Assembly (NCBI GenBank): GCA_036984305.1
Contig: BQWY01000002.1
Coordinates: forward strand, 24,151 to 88,150
Direction: 5' to 3'
Origin: Nitrospira sp.
GTDB taxonomy: Bacteria > Nitrospirota > Nitrospiria > Nitrospirales > Nitrospiraceae
Length of the DNA: 64,000 nt
Below, piece by piece: positions 20,560 through 30,172 of this stretch. The position numbers and the translations under genes are program-made. The notes below the pieces were generated by a model. The model did no database searches, was not told the DNA's origin, and saw only the letters and a list, made by a program, of their open reading frames with translations. How positions within the stretch are numbered: the stretch's first letter is position 1; the number at the start of each line of letters is the position of its first letter.

Positions 20560-21537
20560 TCAATACCGTCGCAGATCGGGACGCGGCCGGCCCCAACACA
20601 TGCCCCGCACCGCTTCCCACAGGCCCTCGTACAGCCTGGTCAATGCCGGACACGATCTCGCCAGCACCTTGACCACGATACCGGGCGCAGCGGACCTGGA
20701 GACGCCGGCCAGAACGCCCTGCCCTTCCCATGCCCGGGCACATGATCGAAGAGACGAGTCCAGTCGATCCCACGTGGCTTCCCCAATGGCATCTCCGATG
20801 ACGTAGAGCGAGGCGGAATAATTCCACTCGCCCATGACATCCGATGTCCCCTGCCAAAGCCCCGGCCTGGCGACCGCACGATCGATCAGCCGAGCCCCCG
20901 AAGCAACCTGCACGCATACGTCATTCGTGTAGTCGTCGAACGCCCACCGCTCACCCCGAGCAATTCGGCCGGCTGCCATCGCATCCCAGATGACGAGGGT
21001 CGCCCCCGGGGCAAGCTTCGCCTCGAGGCGTTGGACATACCGGGAACCCGCAAAGGGAATGGTCAGCTCAGGCATCCATTCGAGGATGCTCCCCTGCCCA
21101 AGCCGCAGCGAAACGTGCTGCGTCGCCGGAAGAGAAAGGGAACGATACACGCGCGTCGCCGAAGGTGACGAAACGACCACGTGCGCGTTGTCCTTCAGAT
21201 CAACGGCACAGGAGACCACATCCCCACCCACCAGGCCCCCCGACGGGTTGACCAGCCACGTCAACAGCGCGCGGCCATCGTCAAGCTCGATCGGCGGCAC
21301 AGAGTGCCAGGGACTGGTGCACCGGACCGCGTCCAGAACCGTGCGGTCGTGGCAGGAAGAAAATGAGAGCGCGAGCTCACCCAGGCGTCCGACGCTGTCC
21401 AGCGATGGAGCCGTCGGTGACGAGATGGAGGACTTCGATGGGATTAGCCTGGAGTGACGCGTTGCGGCAGCCCGTGCTCGACCCACCCCACCACGGCCGG
21501 CACGCCTTCGCCCGTTAAGAGATTCGTGAAGATCCAC
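20560..21537 (-). CDS. ureD: urease accessory protein UreD
   Basis: UreD-like sequence (GELALSF..., [12 protein letters not shown]). Position after ureG. Start is uncertain: GTG 21537 or GTG 21486, and both overlap the ureG 3' end. Confidence 0.8.
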   Translation of the reverse strand: MDLHESLNGRRRAGRGGVGRARAAATRHSRLIPSKSSISSPTAPSLDSVGRLGELALSFSSCHDRTVLDAVRCTSPWHSVPPIELDDGRALLTWLVNPSGGLVGGDVVSCAVDLKDNAHVVVSSPSATRVYRSLSLPATQHVSLRLGQGSILEWMPELTIPFAGSRYVQRLEAKLAPGATLVIWDAMAAGRIARGERWAFDDYTNDVCVQVASGARLIDRAVARPGLWQGTSDVMGEWNYSASLYVIGDAIGEATWDRLDSSLRSCARAWEGQGVLAGVSRSAAPGIVVKVLARSCPALTRLYEGLWEAVRGMCWGRPRPDLRRY

Positions 21538-22121
21538 GGCAATTCTCCGCGCATGACTCGGCTGTCCCGCTCCATGACCCCCAGGTCGGCCCCGACGTGC
21601 GGCGCTAAGTCGATCTTGTTGATCACGAGCAGATCGGACCTCGTGATGCCGGGACCACCCTTGCGCGGGATCTTGTCCCCTGCGGCCACATCAATGACAT
21701 AGATCACGCGGTCGACGAGTTCCGGGCTGAAGGTCGCGGCGAGGTTGTCTCCTCCGCTTTCCACGAACATGACCTCGACTTCAGGATGGCGATCCAACAG
21801 ATCATCCAATGCCGCCTGGTTATGAGAGGCATCCTCGCGAATGGCGGTGTGCGGACATCCGCCCGTCTCCACGCCGAGGATGCGATCCGCCGCTAGCGCG
21901 CCTCGTCGCGTCAGAAACTCTGCGTCTTCTCTGGTAAAAATGTCATTCGTGACCACGGCAAGACTGTACCGGTCTCGGAGTCGACGACAGAGCGCTTCGA
22001 GTAACGCCGTCTTCCCCGAGCCGACGGGGCCGCCGATTCCAATCACCGGAATTCCGCGCGCGCGAGCCTTGGTCGGGCGGCCCCCGTCGTGATGAAGGTG
22101 ATGAACGTGATATCCCCCCAT
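21444..22121 (-). CDS. ureG: urease accessory GTPase UreG with a His-rich N-terminus
   Basis: ATG 22121. N-terminus [15 protein letters not shown]-loop [16 protein letters not shown] and NKIDL motifs. Confidence 0.93.
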   Translation of the reverse strand: MGGYHVHHLHHDGGRPTKARARGIPVIGIGGPVGSGKTALLEALCRRLRDRYSLAVVTNDIFTREDAEFLTRRGALAADRILGVETGGCPHTAIREDASHNQAALDDLLDRHPEVEVMFVESGGDNLAATFSPELVDRVIYVIDVAAGDKIPRKGGPGITRSDLLVINKIDLAPHVGADLGVMERDSRVMRGELPWIFTNLLTGEGVPAVVGWVEHGLPQRVTPG

Positions 22122-22156
22122 AACCTTGTCCTTTCGTAGTCGCCGAACGAGACCCG

Positions 22157-22870
22157 TTACGATCGAAACAAGCGATGTTCGAGGCCGCCGTGCCGCATTG
22201 CAAACAGGTCGTGCAGGGGCGTCCATCCGGCCATGACCTGATCTGCCGAGACCGTCACGCTGAGTTCGGCCAGCGCCGGCAGGCATCCCTTGAGCAGACG
22301 TTGGCCGGCTTGTTGCCCGAGCGGCAGAAGTTTCAGCGCCGCGGACACCGTGCCAACGAGCGAGTGATAGAGGAACCCGGCCACGGCATGCTCGCAGGAC
22401 CACCCCTGCGCGCCGAGCACGACCCCCAGTGCAACGGCCAGATGCCCGGGTGTGGACTTGGTTTCGACTGCCGTTGCAAAGTCGGAGACCATGCTAGGGG
22501 TTTCCGGCTCGTCCGACAGCATGCGAGCCACTTGTCGTCCCATCTGGCGACTAGCTTCCCTCGTCGCACTGCTGAGCTTCAAGCTTTCGAGTTCCCAGTC
22601 GCACTCGATCGCGTTCCTCACATCACCGTCTACGGCCGCCTGGCGGGCCCGGGCTACAGCCACAGCCTCCCGTGTCCCCAATCCAAATCGAAGATGCGTC
22701 TGGAGAAAGCTCTGGAGCTCGGCCTCAGCCTTTACCGCCCCACCTTGCACCGCCGCTTCCAGCCCCGACGAGTAGGCGAATCCTCCCGAGGGGAAAAAGC
22801 TATCGATAAGTCGAATGCCCTCCACCAGTTCAAGCGCCGTGAACCTGGTGAGAGGCCTGCGTGACCGCAT
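22157..22870 (-). CDS. ureF: urease accessory protein UreF
   Basis: UreF-like ([18 protein letters not shown]). ATG 22870 lies just after the ureC stop. Confidence 0.85.
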   Translation of the reverse strand: MRSRRPLTRFTALELVEGIRLIDSFFPSGGFAYSSGLEAAVQGGAVKAEAELQSFLQTHLRFGLGTREAVAVARARQAAVDGDVRNAIECDWELESLKLSSATREASRQMGRQVARMLSDEPETPSMVSDFATAVETKSTPGHLAVALGVVLGAQGWSCEHAVAGFLYHSLVGTVSAALKLLPLGQQAGQRLLKGCLPALAELSVTVSADQVMAGWTPLHDLFAMRHGGLEHRLFRS

Positions 22871-22887
22871 GGACACAATCCGTTCAC

Positions 22888-24615
22888 CTAGAAGAGGAAA
22901 TAGCGTTGCGCCATTGGCAGCACCTTGAGCGGATCGCAACTGAGGAGTTGGCCGTCGGCCCGCACTTCGTAGGTCTCGGGATCAACCTCCAAATGCGGCA
23001 TCGCGCTGTTGAGCTTCATGTCTCGTTTCGTAATCGTCCGACACTGCCCCACCGTCGCGATGCGCTTCTGCAATTCCAGTTGGGCGGGCACCCCCCGCTG
23101 CACACCGGCCGCCGAGAGGAAGGTCAGACTGGTCGAGTACGGCGCGCGCCCGAACGATCCAAACATAGGACGGGTGTACACGGGCTGCGGGGTGGGGATC
23201 GACGCGTTTGGATCTCCCATGGCGGCGGACATGGGAAATCCCCCCTTGATGACGATCTCAGGCTTGACGCCGAAGAACGCGGGTCTCCAGAGCACCAAGT
23301 CGGCCAACTTGCCGACCTCGAGCGAGCCGACTTCATGAGCGATGCCATGTGCGATGGCCGGGTTGATCGTATACTTTGCTATGTAGCGGCGTGCCCGAAA
23401 ATTGTCTTGCCGTTCTTCCCCGCCTACCATGTCGTTTTGAGCGAGATGGCCACGCTGGATCTTCATCTTGTGCGCCGTCTGCCACGTGCGGATGATGACC
23501 TCCCCCACACGTCCCATGGCTTGTGAATCGGACGACATCATGCTGATGGCACCCATGTCGTGCAGGATATCCTCCGCGGCAATGGTCTCACGACGTATCC
23601 TCGATTCGGCAAATGCCACGTCCTCCGGCACGCGGGGGTTTAAGTGATGACACACCATCAACATGTCGAGATGTTCATCCATCGTATTGACGGTGAACGG
23701 CATCGTGGGATTGGTCGACGACGGCAGCACGTTGGCCTCGCCGCAGATTTTGATGATGTCCGGCGCATGGCCCCCGCCGGCTCCTTCGGTGTGGAATGAA
23801 TGGATGGTGCGACCCTTGAAGGCCTTGATGGTGTCCTCGAGGAATCCCGCCTCGTTGATGGTATCGGTGTGGATCGCCACTTGCACGTCGTACTCCTCCG
23901 CGACGTCGAGACAGGTCGAAATCGCCGCGGGCGTCGTGCCCCAATCCTCGTGCAGTTTCAACCCGATGGCTCCGGCCTCGACCTGCTCCCGCAAGCCCTC
24001 CGGTCGAGCGGCATTGCCCTTCCCAAAGAATCCGAGATTAATGGGAAATCCGTCCGCGGCCTCCAGCATGCGTCCGATGTTCCATGCGCCTGGGGTACAC
24101 GTCGTCGCGTTGGTCCCGGTCGCGGGACCGGTCCCCCCTCCGAGCAACGTCGTGAGGCCAGCGGCAACAGCCTCGTACACGATCTGGGGACAGATGAAAT
24201 GGATATGACTGTCGATTCCGCCGGCTGTGACGATCCGCCCTTCGGCGGAGAGGGCTTCAGTGCCAGGACCGATCTCCATTCCCGGCGTCACCCCATCCAT
24301 AAGGTCCGGATTGCCGGCTTTGCCGATCCCGACAATGCGACCGTCACGAATACCGATGTCCGCCTTGACCACGCCCCAATAGTCGAGGATCACCGCGTTG
24401 GTGATGACCAGATCGAGTGCCCCCTGCGCACGCGTCGCCGTCGGGGACTGTCCCATCCCATCCCGGATGACCTTCCCTCCGCCGAACTTGGCTTCCTCAC
24501 CGGGAACGGTGAGATCGCGCATGACTTCGATGATCAAATCCGTGTCGGCGAGGCGTATGCGGTCTCCGGTCGTCGGACCATAGAGATCGACGTATTGACG
24601 ACGAGACAAGTTCAT
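22888..24615 (-). CDS. ureC: urease alpha subunit
   Basis: 575 aa. [42 protein letters not shown] and other canonical urease alpha motifs. Confidence 0.97.
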   Translation of the reverse strand: MNLSRRQYVDLYGPTTGDRIRLADTDLIIEVMRDLTVPGEEAKFGGGKVIRDGMGQSPTATRAQGALDLVITNAVILDYWGVVKADIGIRDGRIVGIGKAGNPDLMDGVTPGMEIGPGTEALSAEGRIVTAGGIDSHIHFICPQIVYEAVAAGLTTLLGGGTGPATGTNATTCTPGAWNIGRMLEAADGFPINLGFFGKGNAARPEGLREQVEAGAIGLKLHEDWGTTPAAISTCLDVAEEYDVQVAIHTDTINEAGFLEDTIKAFKGRTIHSFHTEGAGGGHAPDIIKICGEANVLPSSTNPTMPFTVNTMDEHLDMLMVCHHLNPRVPEDVAFAESRIRRETIAAEDILHDMGAISMMSSDSQAMGRVGEVIIRTWQTAHKMKIQRGHLAQNDMVGGEERQDNFRARRYIAKYTINPAIAHGIAHEVGSLEVGKLADLVLWRPAFFGVKPEIVIKGGFPMSAAMGDPNASIPTPQPVYTRPMFGSFGRAPYSTSLTFLSAAGVQRGVPAQLELQKRIATVGQCRTITKRDMKLNSAMPHLEVDPETYEVRADGQLLSCDPLKVLPMAQRYFLF

Positions 24616-24684
24616 GACGAAACCTCAGACGAATTGTGCGCGACCTGACGGCAATGCGTTCGCCCCTCTTCCCACGATCCTGCC

Positions 24685-25149
24685 TTACGCCTTTGCCCGC
24701 GGAATGAAGCCTTGATCGTATGCAGCCGCCAAGGCCCTCGCTTTCACATCCACGTCGTCGAGCGAACCGTTCACCAGCCCGTTGATGCCGTAGACGACTC
24801 GCCTGCCCCCAAATGCCACGAGAGCGACTCGTTTCTCCTCTCCAGGTTCAAATCTCACGGCGGTTCCCGCCGGCGTCTGCAGCCGAAACCCATAGGCCTG
24901 CTCCCGATCGAACTGCAGCGCCCGATTGACTTCGAAGAAGTGGCAATGCGAGCCGACCTGAATCGGCCGATCGCCCGTATTGGCGACCGTCATCTGAATC
25001 GTCGGACGACCCGGCAGCGCCACGATGTCGCCCTCACCCAACAGAATCTCCCCAGGATGAACGTCGGCGGAGTGCCTCTCGGGCCGAGCGCCCATCCGCT
25101 TCCGAGCCGGCTTTGCACGCCGGGCCCGCTTGGTGATGTTCTTGGCCAT
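24685..25149 (-). CDS. ureB: urease beta subunit with a basic N-terminal extension
   Basis: Core [19 protein letters not shown]...[12 protein letters not shown] is canonical UreB. ATG 25149 follows the ureA stop and adds about 30 basic residues. The alternative ATG 25095 gives about a 10-aa extension. Confidence 0.9.
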   Translation of the reverse strand: MAKNITKRARRAKPARKRMGARPERHSADVHPGEILLGEGDIVALPGRPTIQMTVANTGDRPIQVGSHCHFFEVNRALQFDREQAYGFRLQTPAGTAVRFEPGEEKRVALVAFGGRRVVYGINGLVNGSLDDVDVKARALAAAYDQGFIPRAKA

Positions 25150-25157
25150 GCCTCGCC

Positions 25158-25460
25158 TCATCGGATCGGTTGATGTACCGTCACCAGCTTGGTCCCGTCC
25201 GGGAAGGTCCCCTCCACCTGGAGTTCCGAGATCATGTCGGACACTCCCGGCATGACATCATGTCGCTTCAAAAGAGTGGCCCCGTAACTCATCAAGTCGG
25301 ACACCGATCGTCCATCGCGAATTCCTTCCAGAATGGCCGCTGTCAGGTAGGCCATTGCCTCAGGATGATTCAGCTTGAGTCCCCGAGCCTTCCGGTCTCG
25401 AGCCAGCTGCGCGGCCACATAGATCAGCAATTTGTCTTGCTCCCTGGGCGTCAGATGCAT
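25158..25460 (-). CDS. ureA: urease gamma subunit
   Basis: 100 aa. [35 protein letters not shown] is canonical. Confidence 0.96.
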   Translation of the reverse strand: MHLTPREQDKLLIYVAAQLARDRKARGLKLNHPEAMAYLTAAILEGIRDGRSVSDLMSYGATLLKRHDVMPGVSDMISELQVEGTFPDGTKLVTVHQPIR

Positions 25461-25463
25461 CGC

Positions 25464-25865
25464 TCAGTCTCTCCGCAGTCGGTTCAACTCGACAAGCACG
25501 GCATGGGCGTCATGAAACAACGTGGCCCCTTCTGGTATGGTTCCCTTGTACAACCTGACCATCACTGACGTGCTCCGGGTCAACATCAAACTGTCGAAAC
25601 GTTCTCCCATCTCGAAGTAGTCATATCCTCGCTGAACTGTCAGTTCGGCGCAGCGCAGCCGCACAAAATCATCCACCGTCTTCTGCGACGTCAGCGCGCC
25701 GGCCGAGTAGCGGACCTGGAACTCGCTCTCCGTGAGCTGCGTGATATCCTGCCCGTCGGTCCTGTCGAGCGATTGATACGCGGTCGTGACGCACCCGCAC
25801 AATCCCACCAGCACGCAGACCATTATCGTGCCAAGGCGCGCCCGGATGACAAGTCCTGAGATCAC
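25464..25865 (-). CDS. hypothetical lipoprotein between urtE and ureA
   Basis: Signal plus lipobox (MVCVLVGLCGC). Ends 4 nt before the ureA start. Start is GTG 25865 or ATG 25823. Confidence 0.6.
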   Translation of the reverse strand: MISGLVIRARLGTIMVCVLVGLCGCVTTAYQSLDRTDGQDITQLTESEFQVRYSAGALTSQKTVDDFVRLRCAELTVQRGYDYFEMGERFDSLMLTRSTSVMVRLYKGTIPEGATLFHDAHAVLVELNRLRRD

Positions 25866-25877
25866 GACGCGTCTCTC

Positions 25878-26588
25878 TTATACCACCAGATGCTGTCTGA
25901 CCACGTCGTCGCTCAATTCTCCGGAGTTGCCGGCTGCCACTACCGCCCCTTTTGCCATAATGACATAGGCATCGGCAAGCCGGGCGGCAAAGTGCAAGCC
26001 CTGCTCCACCAGTAGGATGGCAAAACGGCGCTGAGCTTTGAAGCCGATGATCACGTCTTCAATTTGGTCGACCACCGACGGCTGAATCCCTTCGGTCGGT
26101 TCATCAAGCAGCAACACCTTGGGATTGGTCAGCAACGCACGCGCAATGGCGAGTTGTTGCTGTTCGCCGCCGCTCAAAACGCCGCCCGGACGATCGAGAA
26201 TCTGTTTCAATTTTGGGAAAAGTGAAAACACTTCCTCGAAGGCCGCTGATTCCGTCTGCGCGCTGTCCACATCGGCTCTCGCCCATAGGCCCAGTTTGAG
26301 ATTCTCGCGAACGGTCAGATGCGGCAAAATTTCGCGCCCCTGCGGCACGAATCCCAAGCCATACCCCACGCGCCGGTCTGGGGTCGCTTTCGTGATGTCG
26401 GATCCATTGAAGCTGACCTGCCCGCTCCTGACCGGAATGAGCCCCATGATCGCCTTGAGCGTAGTCGTCTTGCCGACGCCGTTGCGCCCCATCAGGCAGA
26501 CGACTTGTCCGGAGTCCACGTCAAACGTGACATTCCGCAGGATATGACTCTCGCCGTAATACGCGTTGACGCCATCGAGTCGCAACAT
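25878..26588 (-). CDS. urtE: urea ABC transporter ATP-binding protein UrtE
   Basis: LivF-like ATPase (GRNGVGKTT, LSGGEQQQL, LLLDEP) at the fifth position of the urt operon. ATG 26588 is preceded by GAAGGG. Confidence 0.88.
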   Translation of the reverse strand: MLRLDGVNAYYGESHILRNVTFDVDSGQVVCLMGRNGVGKTTTLKAIMGLIPVRSGQVSFNGSDITKATPDRRVGYGLGFVPQGREILPHLTVRENLKLGLWARADVDSAQTESAAFEEVFSLFPKLKQILDRPGGVLSGGEQQQLAIARALLTNPKVLLLDEPTEGIQPSVVDQIEDVIIGFKAQRRFAILLVEQGLHFAARLADAYVIMAKGAVVAAGNSGELSDDVVRQHLVV

Positions 26589-26672
26589 AGCGCCCTTCAC
26601 CCTTCGACAGACGATGACGGCCGTTGAGCAAGCGTGCGTTTGGCGACGCCGTTCGCCAGTTCGTGCCGGTCG

Positions 26673-27440
26673 CTAGACGTGGGCGACCTTTTGCCGGCCT
26701 AGGTAGATCTCGCGCACGCGATCATCGGCCTGCACGGTTTCCACGGTTCCTTCGCAGATCACCGTTCCCTCGTGCATCACCGTCACCACCCGTGCGATCT
26801 GTCGTACGAATTCCATATCATGCTCAATCACCACAATGGCGTGCTCCTGCGCTAGGGACAGCAGGAGTTGGCCGGTTTGCTCGGTCTCTCGGTCGGTCAT
26901 CCCCGCCACCGGTTCGTCTACGAGAAGGAGCGACGGGTCCTGCAAGAGGACCATGCCGATTTCCAGCCATTGTTTCTGCCCATGTGACAACGATCCGGCA
27001 CGCGTGTGCCGATAGTCCGGCAACCCGATTGTCTCCAATACTCCCTCGATGCGATCCTGTTCCGGTTTTGTCGTAAGCCCTCTGAGCGTGGCCCATACGC
27101 CCTTGCTGGGACGCTTGAGCGACAGGTCGAGATTCTCCCACACGGTCAAATTGGCGTAGATCGACGGCGCTTGGAACTTCCGGCCGATGCCCAGCGAGGC
27201 GATCTCGTGCTCCCGCAGCGGTAAGAGATCCGTATCGTGGCCAAAGATCACTCTGCCCGCAACCGGCTTCGTCTTTCCCGATATGACGTCCAGCAAGGTC
27301 GTCTTCCCCGCTCCATTGGGACCAATCACGACCCGTAGTTCTTTGTACCCTACGATGAAATTCAGGCAGTTCAACGCTTTGAATCCGTCGTAGTCGACGG
27401 TGACCCCTTCGAGATAAATGATCGAACCATGATCCGTCAT
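26673..27440 (-). CDS. urtD: urea ABC transporter ATP-binding protein UrtD
   Basis: LivG-like ATPase ([26 protein letters not shown]). ATG 27440 overlaps the urtC stop (ATGA). Confidence 0.88.
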   Translation of the reverse strand: MTDHGSIIYLEGVTVDYDGFKALNCLNFIVGYKELRVVIGPNGAGKTTLLDVISGKTKPVAGRVIFGHDTDLLPLREHEIASLGIGRKFQAPSIYANLTVWENLDLSLKRPSKGVWATLRGLTTKPEQDRIEGVLETIGLPDYRHTRAGSLSHGQKQWLEIGMVLLQDPSLLLVDEPVAGMTDRETEQTGQLLLSLAQEHAIVVIEHDMEFVRQIARVVTVMHEGTVICEGTVETVQADDRVREIYLGRQKVAHV

Positions 27441-28588
27441 GTGAGAATCCACTTGCCAGGGCTCGATCCCTTGGCGATTTCCGATTGCTCGGGACGGACC
27501 CAGATCTTGACCCGTCCCCACAATCCGACGATCCCATCCGGCACGAATAAGACCACGGCAACAAACAGTCCCCCGAGTAAGAACGGCCACAGTTCAGGGA
27601 AGTAATTCGTCAACACGCTCCGCCCCCAATTGACGCCGATTGCCCCGATAATCGCCCCAATCAAGGTCCCTCGTCCACCAACCGCCACCCAAATCACCAT
27701 CTCCAGCGAGGGGAGGACCCCGATCTGCGCCGGAGTAATGATTCCGACTTGAGGCACATACAACGCCCCGGCGAGCCCCGCGAGGGCAGCAGAGACCACG
27801 AACACGAACAGCTTGTACTGGGCCGGTGAATACCCCGAAAACAACACGCGCTGCTCGCTGTCTCGAATCGCGACCAGCACTTTCCCCGCCCGGGATTGCA
27901 CGATGGCTCGACAGAGGATATAGGCCACGCCCAGACACACGACCGTGAACAAATAGAGCGACCGCTGTGTCCAAGGCTCGCTCAGGCGGAACCCCAAGAG
28001 CAGCTTGAAATCGGTGAGTCCGTTCGTCCCTCCGAGATTCGTCTCATTGCGGTTGAAAACCAGCCAGGCACAGAGCGCCAACGCTTGGGTGATGATGGCG
28101 AAATATACGCCTTTGATACGGCTTCGAAACGCCAGCGAACCGAAGACAAACGCACAGGCCGCCGGCACCATGAGCGCCCCGAGAACGGCAACGGGGAAAT
28201 AGTGAAATGGCTTCCAAAACAGCGGCAACTCCTGCACCTGGTTCCAGACCATGAAGTCGGGCAGCGCGCTCCCGTACACGCTCTCCGTCCCGATCGAGAG
28301 CGCCATGTACATCCCCATCGCATAGGCCCCCAGGCCGAAAAAGACACCATGACCGAGGCTCAGAATGCCTGCATAGCCCCAGATCAGGTCCAACCCCAGT
28401 GCAAGGATGGCGAACGAAAGGAACTTACCGAATCGATTGAGTGAGAAATCGGATACATGCCACCATGAATCGGCCGGAGGCACGATATTCAGCCCTGGAA
28501 GTACCACCAAAAACACGGCTGCCATGATCCATACGCCGGGGCCCACTTGCAGGCCACGTCGCTGGTCATTGGGCTCAGGATTCGGCAT
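27437..28588 (-). CDS. urtC: urea ABC transporter permease UrtC
   Basis: 383 aa LivM-like polytopic permease in urt context. Confidence 0.87.
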   Translation of the reverse strand: MPNPEPNDQRRGLQVGPGVWIMAAVFLVVLPGLNIVPPADSWWHVSDFSLNRFGKFLSFAILALGLDLIWGYAGILSLGHGVFFGLGAYAMGMYMALSIGTESVYGSALPDFMVWNQVQELPLFWKPFHYFPVAVLGALMVPAACAFVFGSLAFRSRIKGVYFAIITQALALCAWLVFNRNETNLGGTNGLTDFKLLLGFRLSEPWTQRSLYLFTVVCLGVAYILCRAIVQSRAGKVLVAIRDSEQRVLFSGYSPAQYKLFVFVVSAALAGLAGALYVPQVGIITPAQIGVLPSLEMVIWVAVGGRGTLIGAIIGAIGVNWGRSVLTNYFPELWPFLLGGLFVAVVLFVPDGIVGLWGRVKIWVRPEQSEIAKGSSPGKWILT

Positions 28589-30155
28589 GGCGTCCTTTGA
28601 TGGCGAACAGCCCGGAGGGCCGGCGTTGTAGAAATAGCACCACTAGCAGGAGAATCGTGACCTTGGCATATACGGCTCCCATGCTCGGTTCAAAAACTTT
28701 GTTGAGGCCGCCGATGCCAAGCGCCGCCGCAATCGTACCGGCAAGCTTTCCGACGCCACCGGTTACGACGACCATGAAGGAATCGACGATATAGTTCTGC
28801 CCAAGGCCAGGCTCCACATTCCCGATCAGTGTGAGCCCCCATCCCGCAAGTCCTGCAAGCCCGGAGCCGAAGGCAAAGGTATATGCATCGACCTGGCGAG
28901 TCGGGATTCCCAGGCACGCACTCATGTTCCGATTCTGCATGACCGCCCGGACCCGAAGGCCAACTCGCGTGCGGAACAGGAGCGCGTAGATCGCCATCAC
29001 GCTCACCGCCGAGAGCACGATCAAGAAGAGCCGGTTGTACGGGACGAACACGCCAACCATCACCTGCACCCCTCCACTGAACCATGCCGGCGCCGTCACC
29101 GCGGTCAGGTCTCCGAACATGACACGGGCCGACTGAATCAAGATCAAACTGACGCCCCACGTCGCCAACATCGTTTCCAGGGGCCGACCATACAAGAAAC
29201 GAATCACGGACATCTCCAAGAGCAAACCGACCAGAGCGGCCGCGAGAAACGAGCAGGGCAACGCCGCCCAAAAATACCAGTCGAACACCTCGGTGGGCAA
29301 ATACGCTTTGAAGAGTTCCTGGGTGACGAACGTCGCATAGGCCCCGATCATCATCAACTCGCCATGGGCCATGTTGATGACGCCCATGAGGCCAAAGACG
29401 ATCGCCAAGCCCAACGCCATCATTAGGAGGATGGAACTGAGGCTCAACCCGTGAAAAAGCGTTTCGAACACTCCAGCCCACACGCCCCACCGTTCGGTTT
29501 GCTCGATGGCCTGGTGGGCCGTGGCCAATACGTCCGGGCTCGGCTGGCCGCTCCCTGCGCCTGTGGTCTCTGATTCGTCGGCATTCGCCTCTTCGACCAG
29601 CTCCTTCAAACGCGGCAGTCCATTGGGGCTGGCCAGATCGCCCAGCGTACGCACGGCCTCCACTTGTTGCTGGGTGGTACCATGTGCCAGACGAATCAGC
29701 GCGAGTGATTCTCGTAGCGCGTAGCGGACCCATCGATGCGACTCCGAGACCAGCTGGCTCTCGAGCCACGGTACCGCGAGTGGGCTTCCCACCGAACCCA
29801 GATCCGTGGCCGCTGCACGCCGCACTTCTGGGTCGTCGTCGCCAAGCTTCGCGCGATTTTTCAGCAAGTCCAAAACGGGCTTGAGCGCCCGGCGCGTCGA
29901 CCGGTCCGCCTCCTCGCGCAATGCCTCCAACTGTGACAGCAAGTTTGGATCGGAAGATTCGACCAACTCGGCGGTCGCCGCCTCTTGCTCGGCGGGATCC
30001 TCCGCCGTCAACCGAGCAATCGTATGCTCGAGACCGGCGACGGGAGTCACCCCACCGCCGGTCTCGGCCCAACTCCCCGCCGGCCATGCCAACCAGAGCC
30101 ACGCTAGGGCGATCCCGGCCAACACCCGCACCACGGCTCTAGTCGGTTGCCTCAT
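28575..30155 (-). CDS. urtB: urea ABC transporter permease UrtB with an N-terminal HEAT-like periplasmic domain
   Basis: C-terminal LivH-like permease. The N-terminal roughly 200 aa has a signal peptide then helical repeats (DPEVRRAAATDLGSVGSPLAVPWL...). ATG 30155 lies after the urtA stop. Confidence 0.85.
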   Translation of the reverse strand: MRQPTRAVVRVLAGIALAWLWLAWPAGSWAETGGGVTPVAGLEHTIARLTAEDPAEQEAATAELVESSDPNLLSQLEALREEADRSTRRALKPVLDLLKNRAKLGDDDPEVRRAAATDLGSVGSPLAVPWLESQLVSESHRWVRYALRESLALIRLAHGTTQQQVEAVRTLGDLASPNGLPRLKELVEEANADESETTGAGSGQPSPDVLATAHQAIEQTERWGVWAGVFETLFHGLSLSSILLMMALGLAIVFGLMGVINMAHGELMMIGAYATFVTQELFKAYLPTEVFDWYFWAALPCSFLAAALVGLLLEMSVIRFLYGRPLETMLATWGVSLILIQSARVMFGDLTAVTAPAWFSGGVQVMVGVFVPYNRLFLIVLSAVSVMAIYALLFRTRVGLRVRAVMQNRNMSACLGIPTRQVDAYTFAFGSGLAGLAGWGLTLIGNVEPGLGQNYIVDSFMVVVTGGVGKLAGTIAAALGIGGLNKVFEPSMGAVYAKVTILLLVVLFLQRRPSGLFAIKGRHAES

Positions 30156-30172
30156 TGAATCGCTTCGTCGCC

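Noticed and set aside
28690-30102. A 470-aa minus-strand ORF in an alternative frame of urtB.
   Set aside because: Its composition is Arg/Gly/Trp-rich and not protein-like. The other frame encodes a recognisable UrtB with a signal peptide, HEAT-like repeats and a LivH permease.
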